The translations under genes and the position numbers were made by a program. The notes beneath the pieces are model-generated. The model was given only the letters and a program-made list of their open reading frames with translations, had not been told where the DNA came from and did no database searches. This document shows, one piece after another, positions 61,408 through 64,000 of a stretch of DNA of 64,000 bases (positions within the stretch are counted from its first letter, which is position 1; each line of letters opens with the position of its first letter). The DNA is taken from contig CAZNBL010000002.1 in assembly GCA_964571375.1 (NCBI GenBank), positions 3,599 through 67,598 on the forward strand. The letters are read 5' to 3'. This stretch comes from an uncultured Burkholderiaceae bacterium. Its GTDB lineage: Bacteria; Pseudomonadota; Gammaproteobacteria; Burkholderiales; Burkholderiaceae_F.

Positions 61408-61437
61408 AAAAAGGACAGCCGAGCTGTCCTTTTTTTC
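61408..61437 (+). terminator. Terminator after the double-uvrA gene
   Basis: AAAAAAGGACAGC cgag GCTGTCCTTTTTTT: a 9-bp stem plus a T7 run. Confidence 0.75.
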
Positions 61438-61462
61438 GTTCGGCATACTCATTGCAACGCCG

Positions 61463-61493
61463 AAATAAAAATCCGGGGCCTAAGCCCCGGATT
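61463..61493 (-). terminator. Terminator after dcuB
   Basis: ATCCGGGGC ctaa GCCCCGGAT hairpin. On the minus strand it is followed by TTTTTATTT. Confidence 0.65.
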
Positions 61494-61544
61494 AATGTTC
61501 ATGAGAATTCAGTATTTCTTATTCTTATTGGACTGTCCTGATCC

Positions 61545-62906
61545 TTAGATCCAGCCGTACAGGTAGGCGAAGACATAACCCATGCAGGTAGCTGTTGCAA
61601 CGCCGATGATGCCCGGGAGGATGAAGGAGTGGTTGATCACGAACTTACCGATCTTAGTTGTACCGGAGCGGTCGAATTCGATGGATGCCAGGTCGGACGG
61701 ATATGTCGGGATGATGTAGTAGCCGTAGCAAGCAGAGATAAGACCTGCAACGATTCCCGGAGGTGTACCGACAGCCAGAGCAACCGGAACGATAGTTGCA
61801 ACGGCGGCAGCCTGAGAGTTCAGGAGCTTGGATACGATGAAGATAACGATAGCGTATGCCCACGGATAGTTCTTAACGTATTCAACGAGAACTGCCTTGA
61901 GTTCAGCAAGGTGAGCGTGGAAGACTGTGTCGGACATCCATGCAACACCGAAGACGGAAACCACAGCGACCATACCGGAGCGGAACACGGATGTGTTACC
62001 GATAGCCTTCGGAGAGACCTTAGTGGCAATAACCATCAGAGCAGCGCCTGTCAGCATGAACATCTGAATAACCAGAGTCATGGAGAGGTGCTTCTTGCCG
62101 ACCATCGGACGCAGTTCGGAGAATGCACCGAGGATAGCAACAACGACGACCACGCCGAGGAAGATCCACAGAGCAAGCCACTGCTTGGACGGGAGCTTCT
62201 TGCCAAGGAGAGTGATGGAGTCACCGTAAACGTACTTCTTAGCTTCCGGATCGCTGATGAGAGCCTGGAATTCCGGATCCTTATCGAGGTCCTTACCGCG
62301 GAAGTTGGAGTATGTAGCCATTACGAGCAGACCGATGAAGCCGCAGGGAATGGTCAGGGACAGAAGGTTAACAAGACCGATTTCCTGGCCGTTAGCGAGT
62401 GTGTGGCCGGCAAGCAGAGCAACTGCGGAAACGCAGGCTACGGAAACCGGAGAGCAGATCACACCCATCTGAGCAGCAATGGAAGTAGCTGCCATCGGAC
62501 GTTCCGGACGGACGTTTGTCTTAATAGCAACGTCGTAAACAATCGGGAGAAGTGTGTAAACAGTGTGGCCTGTACCGCAGAGGATGGTCAGGATGAAGCT
62601 GCACATCGGAGCGAGGTAGGTCACAAACTTCGGGTTGTTACGCAGAACGCGTTCAGCAACCTGAAGCAGGCAGTCGAGACCGCCGGTAGCCTGAAGAGTA
62701 GCACCAGCTGCAACCACTGCAACAATAGTCAGAATAACGTCGACCGGAGGTTTGCCCGGAGGAATACCAAGCCAGGGCTTCGGGCCGAAGATGAAGATGA
62801 TCAGACCGATACCGCCGATCAGACCGAGATAAATACTACCCTTCTTAGCACCGAAGAAGAGGATTACCAGAAGTAATACGAATTGAAACCAAAAATACGC
62901 ACTCAT
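61545..62906 (-). CDS. dcuB: Anaerobic C4-dicarboxylate transporter (DcuA/DcuB family, DcuB-like)
   Basis: 453 aa and collinear with E. coli DcuB along its whole length. Examples: [72 protein letters not shown]. Confidence 0.9.
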   Translation of the reverse strand: MSAYFWFQFVLLLVILFFGAKKGSIYLGLIGGIGLIIFIFGPKPWLGIPPGKPPVDVILTIVAVVAAGATLQATGGLDCLLQVAERVLRNNPKFVTYLAPMCSFILTILCGTGHTVYTLLPIVYDVAIKTNVRPERPMAATSIAAQMGVICSPVSVACVSAVALLAGHTLANGQEIGLVNLLSLTIPCGFIGLLVMATYSNFRGKDLDKDPEFQALISDPEAKKYVYGDSITLLGKKLPSKQWLALWIFLGVVVVVAILGAFSELRPMVGKKHLSMTLVIQMFMLTGAALMVIATKVSPKAIGNTSVFRSGMVAVVSVFGVAWMSDTVFHAHLAELKAVLVEYVKNYPWAYAIVIFIVSKLLNSQAAAVATIVPVALAVGTPPGIVAGLISACYGYYIIPTYPSDLASIEFDRSGTTKIGKFVINHSFILPGIIGVATATCMGYVFAYLYGWI

Positions 62907-63441
62907 TACGAGTTCTCCTTGAATGAAATTATTATTCTCAGAACGTTGCCATTCTATTACAAACCGTAACAGGTGGTTCTAATGAAAACCCTGTATCGGA
63001 TGAAACTCTTCAAGGATTTTGAGTTTTTCTAAAAACGTCATGAAAAATCCGGGTTAAAAAAAATCCGGTTCGCTTCGTGTACCGACCCCATCCATATATC
63101 CCTGCCACCAAGGCTTAGAAGGGCACTTTACCGATATCCCGCCTATGCATAACAATCAGGAAAAACAATGTTTCACCTCGAAAAAATATGATTTTTATCG
63201 CTAGATTGATATACCGCGAAAAACTGTTTTCATATTGCGAAAAAATAATTTCACAACTTTATGTCAGGGTTAATACCTTAACTTTCCTGAAAAAGACTCA
63301 CTTAGAAGTACCCGTCGGGCCTGCCCCCCTCTCTGCAAAAAAAAGACATAAAAAATCTGTATATGAAGAGAATCTGAATCTGATATCGCAAAAAAGCGTT
63401 GATATTAGGGAAAATACCCCTCAATATTTTCAACATTTATG

Positions 63442-63476
63442 AAAAAAGACCGGCTTATACAGCCGGTCTTTTCTTG
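63442..63476 (-). terminator. Terminator after lptG (bidirectional-looking)
   Basis: AAAAAAGACCGGCT tata CAGCCGGTCTTTTCTT: a 9-10-bp stem with T-runs on both strands. Confidence 0.75.
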
Positions 63477-63494
63477 TAATTCCTGTCGTTTTGC

Positions 63495-64000
63495 CTATCT
63501 TCGTTCTACCCAGTACATCACTGCGGTAGCCAAAGCGAGCATCACCAGGCTCGGAGTTAACGCCGCAAGAACCGGCGGAGCACTGTTCATGACACTCATG
63601 AATGCAAACAGATTGTTAAGAGCATAGAACGCAATACCGATCATGATGCCGAAGAAGATCTTAATCGCAATACCGCCGCTTCTAGCATTGAGGTAAGCAA
63701 AAGGCATCGACAGAACCAGCATCACAAGAATAGCGAACGGATAGAAGACCTTATTCCAGAACGCCGCTTCATAGTTACCGCTCTGCTGACCGTTTTCCTT
63801 GAGATGCTCGATATAGTGATACAGATCCTGCATCGACATATTCTCAGGCTTGATCATCATGAGGCCGAAGATGTTCTGATCCAGGCTCTTACCCCAGACC
63901 ATTGTCTCGTAATGCTCAATCTTTACCTTGATATCGGTCGGTGTTACCTGATCCTTCGGAACATTCGGAATCATCTGTTCGGTTACGTTCTCAAGGATCC
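63495..64000 (-). CDS. lptG: LPS export permease LptG, C-terminal part (gene continues past the window edge)
   Basis: The C-terminus ...GIAFYALNNLFAFMSVMNSAPPVLAALTPSLVMLALATAVMYWVERR matches the LptG (YjgP/YjgQ) C-terminal pattern. The reading frame is open to position 64000. Confidence 0.8.
   Translation of the reverse strand, partial: ILENVTEQMIPNVPKDQVTPTDIKVKIEHYETMVWGKSLDQNIFGLMMIKPENMSMQDLYHYIEHLKENGQQSGNYEAAFWNKVFYPFAILVMLVLSMPFAYLNARSGGIAIKIFFGIMIGIAFYALNNLFAFMSVMNSAPPVLAALTPSLVMLALATAVMYWVERR

Noticed and set aside
62907-63441. FNR, CRP or NarL operator sites upstream of dcuB
   Set aside because: Both TTGAT occurrences (near 63206 and 63398) lack the ATCAA half-site 4 nt away. The single TCACA (near 63251) has no TGTGA partner. 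No consensus-quality site can be claimed.
63188-63442. 84-aa ORF in the AT-rich region upstream of dcuB, ending just before the lptG terminator
   Set aside because: It has no Shine-Dalgarno. It is very AT-rich, with codons unlike every other gene in the window, and the lysine- and isoleucine-rich product has no motif. It is more likely regulatory DNA.

Overview
This window looks like ordinary core chromosome of a Gram-negative bacterium, probably a betaproteobacterium. The gene order coaE-zapD-yacG / nudix-DUF815-secA / DUF721 / lpxC-ftsZ...mraZ-rnpB and the DcuB-type C4-dicarboxylate carrier suggest an asaccharolytic Burkholderiales lineage such as Sutterellaceae. That placement is inference only.

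Main contents:
- A complete division and cell-wall (dcw) cluster on the minus strand: mraZ-rsmH-ftsL-ftsI-murE-murF-mraY-murD-ftsW-murG-murC-ddl-ftsQ-ftsA-ftsZ-lpxC.
- A compact RNase P RNA and a triple MraZ-box repeat directly upstream of that cluster.
- secA; groES-groEL behind a sigma-32-type promoter; hemL plus a DsbD-like reductase.
- The run glyA-nrdR-ribD-ribE / ribH-nusB-thiL-pgpA-cinA.
- tyrS-dtd, rplM-rpsI, dcuB, one tRNA-Pro, and a partial lptG at the right edge.

I found no CRISPR array, IS element, integrase, phage, toxin-antitoxin or defence-like genes, and no convincing new multi-gene system.

The observations most worth a second look are:
1. A 1,847-aa head-to-tail fused double UvrA with four ABC ATPase modules and unequal halves.
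2. An FtsZ with a linker of about 225 aa that includes an 80-residue Pro/Ala/Val block.
3. An RNase P RNA of only about 305 nt.
4. A strongly diverged GlpD-like flavoprotein.
5. A long AT-rich control region upstream of dcuB.

The many gene-length antisense ORFs in the track are explained by codon bias: TTA, CTA and TCA sense codons are absent. I reject them as genes. All calls rest on motif recognition by eye; no database search was run.
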